DNA of 48,848 nt from positions 1 through 48,848 of the forward strand of contig JASHRJ010000110.1 in assembly GCA_030037395.1 (NCBI GenBank). Direction: 5' to 3'. Positions within the stretch are counted from its first letter, which is position 1. The number at the start of each line of letters is the position of its first letter. This DNA is from Thermoplasmata archaeon (lineage in GTDB: Archaea; Thermoplasmatota; Thermoplasmata; Lutacidiplasmatales; UBA184). The notes under the pieces are model-generated. The model did not search any database. It had not been told where the DNA came from and was given only the letters and a program-made list of their open reading frames with translations. A program made the position numbers and the translations under genes. Shown in pieces: positions 18,359 through 28,220 of the stretch.

Positions 18359-19258
18359 CTAGCGGCCGGCGGGCGAGGGCGCCGTGCCCGGAACCGCAGG
18401 GGCGCGGAGGAGGTAGAAGCTCCGGCGCTCGTGCGCGAGCGGCACGACCGCGAAGTCGTCGACCACGTACCCTAGATCGAACGCCGCGCGGAATCCGTCC
18501 CGCACCGCGTGCCGCCAGCGCCGGACCGCCCCCGGCTCGTGGCTCTGCAGCGAGGCAAGGTCGAACGGGACCTCCAGCTGGGCGCTCGGGCCGCTCGGCT
18601 CGCCGACGGCGGTCGGGACCCGAAGGCCGCTGTCGCCGGTCTCGGTCTCCACGATCGCCGAGGAGGCGGCGTGGCGCCGAGCGACCGTCGCCGGGTCCGG
18701 CGCTTCCCCGGTGAGCCGCCGCTCGACGTCCGGGCTTGCGAGCGGCCAGCGCACGTGCAGGCGATCGGTCTCCCGGCCCGCGCCGGCCGCGCCGGCAAGT
18801 TGCCCAAAATACCCTGCGAGGAACCCGTCGGGAACGGCGCCCAGCCGGCGGACCGCGAGGGAGGCGCTGGGGCGATACACCGGGTCGAACCCCCACCGGA
18901 CCTCCGAGAGGCCGAGGCGCAGCACCTCGTCGCGCTGGTAGGCCTTCAGCCGCAGGCCGACCCGGTGGTTGCGGTACTCGGGCCGGACCGCCGTGACGTG
19001 AGAGAGATGGTAGAGCGTGCTGCCGTCCCAGCCGATCGACGAGACCGTCACTCCGGCGAGGTAGATGTCGGCGAACGCCCCGAGCACTAGGCCGCCGTTG
19101 TCCTGGAGGAGCCGCAGGAGCGGCGCGGGCACGGCGAGCGGCGCGTCGTCCCCGAGGGCCTCCCGTTGGAGCTCCTCGGCGTTCCGGAGCTCCTCGGGCT
19201 TGGCGAGCCGCCGGAACGCGAAGTCCGAAGGCCGGCCGGCCGCCGACAGACCCGCCAC
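18359..19258 (-). CDS. GNAT family N-acyltransferase (COG3375-like)
   Basis: GGLVLGAF, SHVTAVRPEYRNHRVGLRLKAYQR, WGFDP, YFG, TDRL..RW. Confidence 0.85.
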   Translation of the reverse strand: MAGLSAAGRPSDFAFRRLAKPEELRNAEELQREALGDDAPLAVPAPLLRLLQDNGGLVLGAFADIYLAGVTVSSIGWDGSTLYHLSHVTAVRPEYRNHRVGLRLKAYQRDEVLRLGLSEVRWGFDPVYRPSASLAVRRLGAVPDGFLAGYFGQLAGAAGAGRETDRLHVRWPLASPDVERRLTGEAPDPATVARRHAASSAIVETETGDSGLRVPTAVGEPSGPSAQLEVPFDLASLQSHEPGAVRRWRHAVRDGFRAAFDLGYVVDDFAVVPLAHERRSFYLLRAPAVPGTAPSPAGR

Positions 19259-19310
19259 GACGGGGCGACCGACGGACGCTACTTAACCGCGCGGCCGGCG
19301 CCGGCCCCGC

Positions 19311-19736
19311 TCACCGCCGGAGGCGGAGCTGGGCGAGCTTGTCGTCGTACCGGATCTGGTCCTCCGGCGTCAGGTCCCAGAGCAGGTCCTCCAGCTCGGG
19401 AATGTTGCGCAGGAACTCCGCCTTGCTCTTGGTCACCATGAGATGATCGAACCGACGCCGCGCCGCAAAGTACGAGCCCGAGAGGTATCCGCCGAGGATG
19501 ATCAGGATCGGGCCGACGATCACGAAGACGAGGTTGTAGTTCGCCTGCGCCGTATCGGTCGACCGGTTGATCGTATTGAACGGCGCCGAGTTCGCCAGCG
19601 GGGAGAACGCTCCGAGCGCGAGGATCGTCAGCAGGAAGCCTACGGCCAGCACCGTGACCGAGATCGGGGCCCGATGGCGTCGCAGCGCGAGCCGGAACCG
19701 GCGGTCGAACGGGAGCTCGGCCTCCTCGCGGTCCAT
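19311..19736 (-). CDS. Membrane protein, DUF3198-like
   Basis: Two TMs, then FDHLMVTKSKAEFLRNIPELEDL..LT. Confidence 0.6.
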   Translation of the reverse strand: MDREEAELPFDRRFRLALRRHRAPISVTVLAVGFLLTILALGAFSPLANSAPFNTINRSTDTAQANYNLVFVIVGPILIILGGYLSGSYFAARRRFDHLMVTKSKAEFLRNIPELEDLLWDLTPEDQIRYDDKLAQLRLRR

Positions 19737-19805
19737 GGCCCCCGCCGGAAACGCTCCCCCTTATGATGGTATCTTCGGCCCGTCGCGGGACCGACGCGCC
19801 TCCTC

Positions 19806-20594
19806 CTACGGCGGGCGCTCCGACTCCAACGGTCCCTCGGTCCCCGCAGGGGCCGTCCGGCCGTAGGCGGTCGGCGTCTCGTGGGCCGGCAGAGGGGCCG
19901 CGGTCGGGGGCGGTACCTCGGCGAGGACGACCCGGCGCCCGCGGTAGGCCAGCGTGGCGCCGGCGACGACTACGAGGGGAGCGCCGATCTCCCCGACCGG
20001 ACCGGCGATCGGTCCGAGGCCGAGGAGGAAGAACGCGACCGCGCCGAAGAGGGCCCCCGCCACCGGCCCGCCGCCGCGCGGGATCGTCGGCCCCCTCCCG
20101 CCGTACGACAGCAGCGCCCCGGCGACCGACAGGGCGGTGACGGCGACGGCGGTGAGCGCCGCGCCGGCAATCCCCAGCCCGTCGATCGTCGGCCCGGAAA
20201 GGTAGGCGGTGACGACCGCCAGCGCGAGGATCCCCCCGACCCCCGCGCGGAGCGCCAGGAGGTAGAACGGCACCGCCGCCTCCGCCCCCCAGTACCGGGA
20301 ACGGCGCGCGACCCGTTGCGCGACCTCGGTGCCGACGACCAGCCCCCCGAGGAACAGCACCGTCCCGGGGAGCGCCCCGTTCCCGAGGGAGACGCCGAAC
20401 AGCAGGTACGACCCGGCGAGCGGCACGCCGACGAAAAGGCCCACGGTGTAGGCCGCCAGGAGCTTCCGCTCGTCGAAGACGGTCACCGGGACCTGCGGGG
20501 TGGCGAACCGCCCGATCTCCAGCCAGACGAAGCCGGCGGACAGCAGGACGCCGACGACTCCGCCGATCGCGAGCGACGCTACGACCAAGGTCAG
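19806..20594 (-). CDS. Hypothetical multi-pass membrane protein
   Basis: Hydrophobic ORF directly after trmI. Start is CTG 20594 (CTGA overlap) or TTG 20588. Confidence 0.72.
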   Translation of the reverse strand: MTLVVASLAIGGVVGVLLSAGFVWLEIGRFATPQVPVTVFDERKLLAAYTVGLFVGVPLAGSYLLFGVSLGNGALPGTVLFLGGLVVGTEVAQRVARRSRYWGAEAAVPFYLLALRAGVGGILALAVVTAYLSGPTIDGLGIAGAALTAVAVTALSVAGALLSYGGRGPTIPRGGGPVAGALFGAVAFFLLGLGPIAGPVGEIGAPLVVVAGATLAYRGRRVVLAEVPPPTAAPLPAHETPTAYGRTAPAGTEGPLESERPP

Positions 20595-21376
20595 TCGACC
20601 TTCCGGCCCACGGCAAGGAACGCCGTGTGCCCGAGCATCTCGAACGCCGGCCGCGTGCCGCCTTCCCCGACCTGGATCGGCCGCTCGAGCAGTTCCAGGG
20701 CCCGTACGTCGTCGAACCGCTCCGCCCGCAGTTCGCGGACGGTCCGTTCGAGCTGGTTGTAGGTCGGGGTGTACGTCGCCAAGAACCCACCGGCCCGCAA
20801 GGCGGCGCGCGCGGAGGCGCAGACCGCCCACGGCTCGGGAAGGTCCAGGATCACGCTGTCGAGCGGCTCGGCGCCCAGCCCGTCGCGTGCCACGTCGCGC
20901 TCGCGGAACGTCACCCGGGGCCCCAGCCCGGCCCGCTCGACGTTGCGGCGGGCGGCCTCGAGATGCTCGGGGCGGCGATCGTAGCTGTAGACGCGGCCCT
21001 GGGCCCCGACCGCCGAAGCAAGGACGATCGTGAGCGCCCCGGAGCCGGCCCCCGCCTCGGCGACGGTGGCCCCGGGGACGACCCCGGCGAGGAAGACGAG
21101 GTACGCCGCGTCCTTAGCCGTCACGATCTGCGCCCCGCGCTCAAGACCGGCAAGCAGATCGCCGGGCGCCGGGCGCACCAGCCGGTAGCGCGCGCCGAGC
21201 CACTCGATCGACTCGCCCGGCGGGCGACCGATCTGGCCGGAGAGGTCCAGCACGCCGCGCTCGCCGATCGCCTGCGGGCCGCGGTCCAGCCGGAGGAGGA
21301 GCCCGGCCGCGGCGGCCCGCTTGAGGACCGCGGTGTCCCCTTCGCGCCAGACGTCGGCGGGCCGCTCCTCAGGCAT
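20591..21376 (-). CDS. trmI: tRNA (adenine-57/58-N1)-methyltransferase
   Basis: RGAQIVTAKD, EAGAGSGALT, LDLPEPW, RPAFEMLGHTAFL. Confidence 0.93.
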   Translation of the reverse strand: MPEERPADVWREGDTAVLKRAAAAGLLLRLDRGPQAIGERGVLDLSGQIGRPPGESIEWLGARYRLVRPAPGDLLAGLERGAQIVTAKDAAYLVFLAGVVPGATVAEAGAGSGALTIVLASAVGAQGRVYSYDRRPEHLEAARRNVERAGLGPRVTFRERDVARDGLGAEPLDSVILDLPEPWAVCASARAALRAGGFLATYTPTYNQLERTVRELRAERFDDVRALELLERPIQVGEGGTRPAFEMLGHTAFLAVGRKVD

Positions 21377-21600
21377 CGCCGCCGACAGCGGCCGCCGCGG
21401 CTAATACCTCGCCCTGTCGCCGGCCCACCCGTGCGGGCCGCCGCGCCCGCACGCGCAGGAGGGACCGCACGACCGCGGTCGGTCGGCCTTATACCACCGG
21501 GCCCTGTGCGGGCCGCCCGGAGGGGAGGACGACGACGCGGGCAACCGGCGGCGCGCGCGCGGCCGTTCCCGTCCGCCGACCGAGCGGCGACGCGTTCCGC

Positions 21601-21674
21601 GCGGGCATAGTGTAGTCTGGTTATCACATAGGCTTGCCAAGCCTATAACCCGGGTTCAAATCCCGGTGCCCGCA
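21601..21674 (+). tRNA. tRNA-Gly(GCC)
   Basis: GCGGGCA/TGCCCGC acceptor stem, TAGGC-TTGCCAA-GCCTA anticodon arm, GTTCAAATC T loop; CCA not encoded. Confidence 0.97.
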
Positions 21675-21792
21675 TCCGGCGTTCGGTCGGTCCCCGCAGG
21701 TCCCGTCGCGACTCCGTACCGGACGACCCCCCGGGGAGCTCCTTCGTCCAAAGCGCCAAGAGGAGGCCTTCGCTCGGCCGTTCCTCGCTGCC

Positions 21793-22833
21793 ATGGACCG
21801 AGGAGGGCTGGTTCTCGAGACGTCCGACCTCGGCTACTCCTATGCCCCCGGAAGGTTCGCCATACGGCATCTGTCGATCGGTCTTCGCCGCGGCGAGATC
21901 CTCGGCCTGCTGGGGCGCAACGGCGCGGGGAAGACCACCACCGTTCGGCTCCTCACGACCTTGCTCCCTCCGACCGAGGGGACGGCGGTGGTCCTCGGGC
22001 AGGACCTCCGGACCGGAGGGCGGGCCCTGCGCGCGCACCTCGGGGTCGTCCTGCAATCCGAGTCGCTCGACTTCGTGACGGTCGAGCGGAACCTCACGCT
22101 GTATGCGTTCCTCTGGGGCGTGCCCCGCGAGAAGGCGAAGGCCCGCGCGGAGGAGATGATCGAGCTGTTCGAGCTGGGAGAGGCGCGACGGCGCAAGCCG
22201 TGGGCGCTCTCGGGGGGGGAACGGCGACGGTTCCAGGTCGCCCGGGAGCTCATGCACGACATGGAGATCCTCTTTCTCGACGAGCCGACCGTCGGTCTGG
22301 ACGCGCTCGCCCGCCGGCGGATCCTGAGGTACCTTCGGGACCGGGCCCGCGGGGGTCTTTCCATCGTTTTCACGACCCACATCCTCCACGAGGCAGACAC
22401 GCTCTGCGACCGGATCGCCGTCCTCCACCTGGGCCGGCTGATCGCGCTCGACTCCGCCGAGGAGCTGAAACGCCAGCACGGCGGCGCGCGGGAGGTCTCG
22501 TTGACGTTCGCCGTCCCGCTCTCGACGGAGCTCCGGACCGAGCTCACCCGGGAACTCGCCGCCCGGGGCGCGACCGCCGTGCCGCAGGAGCCGAACGCGG
22601 ACGCCTCGGGCCGGCTGGTCTTCCAGGCGCGAGGCGCCGAGGAGCTCCTGCCGTGGATCAGCGGGTGGTCGCACACGAGGGGTCTGGCGGTCGACCGGAT
22701 GTCCGTTGAGGCGGCGACGCTCGAGGGCGCCTTTCTCGGGATGATCGAGGAGACCGACGAGGAGGCTCGGGACGGCGAGGCGGGCCGGTCCTCGCCCGAG
22801 AGGCTGCGCGGCACCGCGGGAGGAGTCCCGTGA
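21793..22833 (+). CDS. ABC transporter ATP-binding protein
   Basis: GRNGAGKTT, LSGGERRR, ILFLDEPTVGLD, TTH. Confidence 0.94.
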   Translation: MDRGGLVLETSDLGYSYAPGRFAIRHLSIGLRRGEILGLLGRNGAGKTTTVRLLTTLLPPTEGTAVVLGQDLRTGGRALRAHLGVVLQSESLDFVTVERNLTLYAFLWGVPREKAKARAEEMIELFELGEARRRKPWALSGGERRRFQVARELMHDMEILFLDEPTVGLDALARRRILRYLRDRARGGLSIVFTTHILHEADTLCDRIAVLHLGRLIALDSAEELKRQHGGAREVSLTFAVPLSTELRTELTRELAARGATAVPQEPNADASGRLVFQARGAEELLPWISGWSHTRGLAVDRMSVEAATLEGAFLGMIEETDEEARDGEAGRSSPERLRGTAGGVP

Positions 22834-23603
22834 GACTGCCGCCGGTCCTGAGGCTCGTCGCGCGGAACTTTGCCTCGAATCTCGACCCGCTGACAATCAT
22901 CATCCGGTTCGGTCAGCCGGCCGTCACGATCGTCGTGCTCGGTACGATGTTCAGCTCGATCGTCTCCTCGAGCGTCACGGGCGGAACGTCGTACACCGCG
23001 TTCCTCGTGCCGGGGATGGTCGCCTTTCAGATGATCACCGGCGGCGTGGTGTCGGGCAACCTCTTCTGGCTCGACCGGCGATGGTCGATGGTCGAGCAGA
23101 TCTTCAGCGGGCCGTTCCTCCGCTCGGAGTACCTTGGCGGCCTCGTGCTCACGACCCTCCTGTTCTCGCTCGTCGGCGTCGGGGTGATGATGCTGGTCGG
23201 ACTGCCGTTCATCGGGGTGCCGGCCCTTTCCGCGGTCGGCGTCGGCGGGGTGCTGCTCACCGTCGGACTCGGCAGCATCTTCTTCGCCGGCTTGCTGATC
23301 GCCCTGGGCACCCGGCTGCGGTCCGCGAACGCCTACTTCACGATCCAATCCTTCCTCCAGCTGTTCGTCATCTTCCTCTCGACGGTCTACTACCCGGTGA
23401 CCTCGGCGACGCCGAGGGTCCTCGGCGTGATCTTCTACGGCAACCCCCTCACCTACGCGGCGAACACTATCCGCGACGCGTTCGCCGGCCGGCTGGGCTC
23501 GGGCGACCTGGTCTCCTTCGGGGTCCTCGGAGGGCTCGCCGCCGCGGCGTTCGGGGCGGCGATCTGGGGGTTCCGAACGATGGACCTCGGCCCGATCCAG
23601 TGA
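22830..23603 (+). CDS. ABC-2 type permease
   Basis: Six TMs; YTAFLVPG, FLSTVYYP, NPLTYA; GTGA overlap. Confidence 0.92.
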   Translation: MRLPPVLRLVARNFASNLDPLTIIIRFGQPAVTIVVLGTMFSSIVSSSVTGGTSYTAFLVPGMVAFQMITGGVVSGNLFWLDRRWSMVEQIFSGPFLRSEYLGGLVLTTLLFSLVGVGVMMLVGLPFIGVPALSAVGVGGVLLTVGLGSIFFAGLLIALGTRLRSANAYFTIQSFLQLFVIFLSTVYYPVTSATPRVLGVIFYGNPLTYAANTIRDAFAGRLGSGDLVSFGVLGGLAAAAFGAAIWGFRTMDLGPIQ

Positions 23604-23930
23604 ACCCCCGCGCGGTCGGCGCCCGCCCCGCGATCGCTTCCGGCGGGCGGGCCTCCGTGACGAGGCGACGACCGCTGGTCGGCCGGCGGTGGTCCGCTCC
23701 AGCGCGCACGCCTGCGCCCCGGTCGCGGGACGCGACACCCACCGCGGTCCGTGCGGGCCCGGCGCCCGGACGGCCGGCACCGACCTCGCGATCGCCGCGC
23801 CGGCGACGTGCTTCGCGGCCACCCTCTCCTCCCGGTGGCTCGCGTTCGGCCCGAGGCCGTAGGCGCGCGGGGTGTCCGACCCCCCCGCAGAGGTATAGAC
23901 GGCGGCGCGGCATCCTCCCCGCGGGCCGGC

Positions 23931-24644
23931 ATGACGGGTGGGGACGAGGGACCGCGGGCGGGCGGGAAGGAGGGGCCGGCGGCCGCGGTCCGGCTGCGCC
24001 TGAGCCCGCCCGCGCGTGATGCGCTGGTCCACGCGCTCGCCGGGCGCCCCGCCGGTTCCGGGGTCCGGGTCTGGGTCGAGCGGGGTCTCCACCCGCACGC
24101 CCAGATGATGATCGATCGGCCGAGCGTCCGGGACCACCCGGTGACGGTCGACGGCGTGCCGCTCCTGATCGACGAGGCGAGCGTCCACTTCCTGCGCGAC
24201 GCCTCGGTCGACTATCGGACCGATGCCGACCCCCCGGGGTTCGAGGTCGTCGGACCGTTCCTTCCTTCCCGGGCCGCGCCCGGAGAGGCTGCCCCGCTCC
24301 CGGCGCCCCCCGAGGGGGAAGCCGCCCCCCCGGGCCCGCACGCGGACGCGGAGGGCCGTGTCCGCGAGGCGCTCCGGTCGATCTACGACCCGGAGATCCC
24401 GATGAACATCGTCGATCTCGGCCTCATCTACGGCCTCGAGTGGTCCGCCGCCGGCGAGCTCGCCGTCCGGATGACGATGACCAGCCCGGGCTGCCCGGCG
24501 GTCGAGGAGCTGGTCCGGGAGGTCGAGTCGGCGGCCCGCTCCGCGAGCGGCGCGCCGTCGGTGCGGGTCGAGATCGTCTGGGAGCCGCCGTGGGGGCCGG
24601 AGCGGATGACCGCCTTCGCCCGGCGCCAGTTCGGCTACGCTTAG
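23931..24644 (+). CDS. Degenerate A-type carrier (HesB-like) domain fused to a SufT/PaaD (DUF59/MIP18) domain
   Basis: N-domain LSPPARDAL...GVRVWV...DGVPLLIDEASVHFLRDASVDY...GF with no Cys. C-domain IYDPEIPMNIVDLGLIY, MTMTSPGCP, VWEPPWGPERMT. Confidence 0.85.
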   Translation: MTGGDEGPRAGGKEGPAAAVRLRLSPPARDALVHALAGRPAGSGVRVWVERGLHPHAQMMIDRPSVRDHPVTVDGVPLLIDEASVHFLRDASVDYRTDADPPGFEVVGPFLPSRAAPGEAAPLPAPPEGEAAPPGPHADAEGRVREALRSIYDPEIPMNIVDLGLIYGLEWSAAGELAVRMTMTSPGCPAVEELVREVESAARSASGAPSVRVEIVWEPPWGPERMTAFARRQFGYA

Positions 24645-24655
24645 CGGGGCATCCC

Positions 24656-26203
24656 TCAGCTCCCCGGGTTCCGGGGGAGCGGGGAACCGCAGGCCTGGCA
24701 GCTGCGTCGGATCGGAACGTTGGAGGCGCCGCACCTCGGGCAGGTCTTGGCGCCGTGCACCGTCGCGCTGGGACCGGTGGGTGGCAGCCAGCGGGAGAGG
24801 ACCGACGTGCGGTCGGCGGAAGCGTCGCGGCGTCGGACGACCCCGGAGACCCCGGCGAGGGCCGCGCCCACGCCGGCGGCGGCGAACAGCACCACGGCGG
24901 GGGGGATCCAGGTGAACACGGGCCGCGGCTGGACGTGGACCACCGCGGACGCCGCGGTGCGGACGCCGAGGGCATCCGTGACCACGCACTGCGCGACATA
25001 GGTCCCGGCCGCGGCGTAGCTCGTCGACCCGTTCGCGGCGTCGCTGCCGGCGGCGTTCGCGAGGGTCCGCCCGTTGCCGAGCGTCCACACGACGGCGAGG
25101 GGAGAGGTCCCCGGCGTCCCGACGCAGGCGAACGCCACGGGGTCGCCGACGGTCGCGTTGAGCGGCGACGCGCTCGCCGCGATCCCCGGCGCCGCGTCGA
25201 CGAAGATGGTCGCCGGGGCCGCGAGGTAGCGGTTCGAGGCGTGGTCCGTCACCTGGCAGGAGACCACGTACGTACCGGCCGCCGCGTAGGCGCGGCTCGT
25301 CGTGCCGGGCCCGGCGACGAGCGTCGTCCCGTTGGTGAAGTTCCAGGCGAACGTGTACGGTGGGGTCCCGCCGTCCGGCGTGCACGTGATCTGGTCGGGC
25401 AGGCCGGCGTCGACCCTCGGGAGGGCGACCGCGAGCGAGGCCACGAGGGAGGTGGCGGTCCCGGCGGTGAGGACGTTCGACTCGGTGGCGGAGGTGCCGT
25501 TCGCCGGGCATCCGGCGCAGCTGTCGACCGTCCGCACGTAGAACGAGTAGCTCGACCCCGCCGAGAGACCGGTGACGTTCGTCGCGGCGGAGGCGACGGA
25601 GTCGATCGTGGCATACGTGTCGGTGACGTTGTCGACGACCTCCTCGAGGTCGTACTCGCCGAACCCGATCCCCCCTCCGTAGCGGGCGGAGTTCGTCCAG
25701 GCGAGCGCGACGGAGGTCGAGGTGTTCGACGGCGAGCTCAGGACCGCGACGGCCGGCTGGGTTGCGTTGAGGACCGTGCTCGAGTCGGCCGCCGTACCGC
25801 CCAGCCCGAGCAGGCCGGTCTGGTAGTAGGCCGTAACGTTCCACCAGTAGGTGGCCCCGGGGGCGAGGTCGGGGACGACCGCGGTCGTCGTACCCTCGTT
25901 CGGTTCCTCCACCGCAAACGACCACGGACCTGACGGACCCGCCGTCGAGTAGGTGACGGAGTAGTTGTCGAAGTACGCCTCGGTGGAGGCATTCCACACG
26001 AGCGAGATCGCGGCCGGAGCGATCCCGTTGCTCGACAGGGCGAACGCGGCGGGCGGCGGCGCGGGGCCCGGAGCGGAGGGGCTGGCGCCGGAGCCCCGGG
26101 CCGGCGACGCGAACCCGATCGCGAGGCCTCCTACGACGAGCAGGACGGCCAGCAGGGCCGGGGGCGCACGCGCGCGCAGCGCGCCCCGCGGTCGGCGTCC
26201 CAT
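24656..26203 (-). CDS. Cell-surface protein: signal peptide, FN3-like and PKD-like domains, TM anchor, cytoplasmic zinc ribbon
   Basis: SLVW...[12 protein letters not shown] and [12 protein letters not shown] (FN3); [13 protein letters not shown] and YAAAGTY twice (PKD); CPRC..CQAC. Confidence 0.85.
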   Translation of the reverse strand: MGRRPRGALRARAPPALLAVLLVVGGLAIGFASPARGSGASPSAPGPAPPPAAFALSSNGIAPAAISLVWNASTEAYFDNYSVTYSTAGPSGPWSFAVEEPNEGTTTAVVPDLAPGATYWWNVTAYYQTGLLGLGGTAADSSTVLNATQPAVAVLSSPSNTSTSVALAWTNSARYGGGIGFGEYDLEEVVDNVTDTYATIDSVASAATNVTGLSAGSSYSFYVRTVDSCAGCPANGTSATESNVLTAGTATSLVASLAVALPRVDAGLPDQITCTPDGGTPPYTFAWNFTNGTTLVAGPGTTSRAYAAAGTYVVSCQVTDHASNRYLAAPATIFVDAAPGIAASASPLNATVGDPVAFACVGTPGTSPLAVVWTLGNGRTLANAAGSDAANGSTSYAAAGTYVAQCVVTDALGVRTAASAVVHVQPRPVFTWIPPAVVLFAAAGVGAALAGVSGVVRRRDASADRTSVLSRWLPPTGPSATVHGAKTCPRCGASNVPIRRSCQACGSPLPRNPGS

Positions 26204-26562
26204 GGCGAACGGTCACGACGCCGGCTCATGAGAGATATACCTTGCGCCAATCGTCGTGCGTTCCCGCGGACCGGCGAGCGGCTGCTTCGCACGGGGCCCC
26301 GTCGGCTCCCGAGGGCCGCCGCCCGCAGCCGCCGGTCGACCGAAGCGCAGAGCCCCGCCGAAGCGAGGAAGCGCACCGCGTCCAAGCGGTCCGTCGTGCG
26401 GGACCGTTCGTCCCCCGGAAGTCGGAGGCTCGAGCGGAAGGCCGCGAGGCAGGCCGACGCGCGCCCCGCCCGGTTCGCGTTCCCCAAAGGTCAAATAGCG
26501 GACCCCGGCTGGCGGGGCCCTTGACGGCCGCTGCGAGCCTCGCGGCGTCCGGGAAGAGCGTT

Positions 26563-26781
26563 GTGAGCGATCGCCCGTCCCGATCCCCCCGGTCCCCGGA
26601 AGAGTATACGCGGTTCGAGCGCGCGCGCATCCTCGGGGCGCGGGCGCTCCAGGTGTCGCTCGGCGCCCCGATCCTGATCGAGATTCCGCCGTCGCTGGTC
26701 GACCCGGTGGAGATCGCGGAGCGGGAGTTCGCCGCCGGGCGGATTCCGATCACCGTCCGGCGCACCCGGGGCCTCGCCTAG
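26563..26781 (+). CDS. rpoK: DNA-directed RNA polymerase subunit Rpo6 (K)
   Basis: [22 protein letters not shown]...IAEREF...IPITVRR. Alternative start TTG 26521. Confidence 0.96.
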   Translation: MSDRPSRSPRSPEEYTRFERARILGARALQVSLGAPILIEIPPSLVDPVEIAEREFAAGRIPITVRRTRGLA

Positions 26782-27566
26782 ACGCCGGCCTGGTCGAGCG
26801 CGCGCGCGCAGTCGCACGTCGGCTCCGACGCGAGCCGCGGAAGGAGCCGGGCCAGCACCTCGGCCATCCGGGCGGAGTTGCGGGTCATCGTCTCCACGAT
26901 CTCCCGCGCGTCGACCGGTCGGTCGGCCCAGACGTCGAAGTCGGTGACCATCGCGAGGCAGGCGTAGCAGACGGCCCGCTCGCGGGCGAGCGTCACCTCG
27001 GGCACGAGGGTCATTCCGATGACGTCCGCGAAGCCGCGGAAGAACGCCGACTCGGCCCGGGTGCTGAACCGGGGACCCTCGACGCAGACGTACGTCTTCC
27101 CGTCGGCGCACGGCCACCCCAGCGCGGCGCCGGTCTCGGCGGCGGCGCGCAGGAGGTCCGGGCAGAACGGGTCGGCGAGCGACACGTGGTAGACCTTGCC
27201 CCCGTCGAAGAACGTCGTGGGACGCTGCTTGGTGAGGTCGACGAACTGGCGCGGGAGCACGAACGTCCCGGGCGGGAGCTCCTCGCGCAGCGAGCCGACC
27301 GAGCTCACCGTCACGATCGCCTCCGCGCCCAGGCCGACCAACGCGTCGACGTTGGCCCGGTAGTTGATGCGGTGCGGGGGGATCGTGTGGCCCGCGCCGT
27401 GCCGAGGAAGGAACAGGACGCGGACGCCGCCGACGCGTCCCTCCTCGATCGGGGCGGACGGCGCGCCCCACGGAGTCGACCTCCGGTGCACCTCGCGCGG
27501 GCCGTCGCCGAGCACGCCGGCGACGCCGGAACCTCCGATCACCCCGATCGTTCGGCGCGCGGCCAT
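26778..27566 (-). CDS. mtnP: S-methyl-5'-thioadenosine phosphorylase
   Basis: [46 protein letters not shown]. Confidence 0.94.
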   Translation of the reverse strand: MAARRTIGVIGGSGVAGVLGDGPREVHRRSTPWGAPSAPIEEGRVGGVRVLFLPRHGAGHTIPPHRINYRANVDALVGLGAEAIVTVSSVGSLREELPPGTFVLPRQFVDLTKQRPTTFFDGGKVYHVSLADPFCPDLLRAAAETGAALGWPCADGKTYVCVEGPRFSTRAESAFFRGFADVIGMTLVPEVTLARERAVCYACLAMVTDFDVWADRPVDAREIVETMTRNSARMAEVLARLLPRLASEPTCDCARALDQAGV

Positions 27567-27572
27567 CGTCCG

Positions 27573-28220
27573 TCACCCTTCCTTGGGCGCGGGGGGCCGT
27601 GCGCGAGCCAGGAACCGAGCCATGACGACGTCCCCGCGGGTCCGCTCGACCAGGCTCCGGGCCGCGTCCTGCTTCGGTTTCAGCTGGACGATCGCCCGGG
27701 TCGTGTCGAACCGGAGGAGCGCCTGCGTGAGCTCCTCCATCAGCCGCAGGTACCGCTCGGCGCCGTCGAGGTCGTCCGCGCCGAGGCGCTCCAGCGAGAG
27801 CCGGCGGATCTCGCCCACGACATCCCCGAGGCCGAGCAGGTACGGCTCCGGCTCCACCTCGAGGTCCGAGGGCCCCGGCAGCGGCTGACGCTCGACGATC
27901 GCGCCGAGGAGCGAGGCCTCGACCGCCTCCTGCAGCGCGTCGTGCACGATCGGCTCGTCGGCCCGGCCCTCCCGGCGAAGACGCTCCGACAGCTCGGCGA
28001 GCGACCCGCGGATCGAGGCGAGGTCCCCGCTCGACGGGATGCCCGCGTGCAGCCGGGTCATGGTCCCCTGCGCGAGGCGCCGCAGCCGTCGTGCCTGCTG
28101 GTACAGTTCCTCGCGCCGCAGCTCGCGCTGGCGGAGGTGCGTCTCGATCGCCGCCAGGACCCCGTCCGACACCGCCGGGGGATCGGGGGGGCTATCGGAA
28201 AAGGGTGAACCGTGCCCCAT
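27573..28220 (-). CDS. Translin/TRAX family protein
   Basis: RREELY..AR, ALQEAVEA, YLLGLGDVVGEIRR, LKPKQD.AR. Confidence 0.88.
   Translation of the reverse strand: MGHGSPFSDSPPDPPAVSDGVLAAIETHLRQRELRREELYQQARRLRRLAQGTMTRLHAGIPSSGDLASIRGSLAELSERLRREGRADEPIVHDALQEAVEASLLGAIVERQPLPGPSDLEVEPEPYLLGLGDVVGEIRRLSLERLGADDLDGAERYLRLMEELTQALLRFDTTRAIVQLKPKQDAARSLVERTRGDVVMARFLARARPPAPKEG

Noticed and set aside
23604-23930. Possible C/D sRNA (GTGACGA at 23658) or attR in the intergenic gap
   Set aside because: No properly spaced CTGA box D, and only a degenerate match to the tRNA 3' end.
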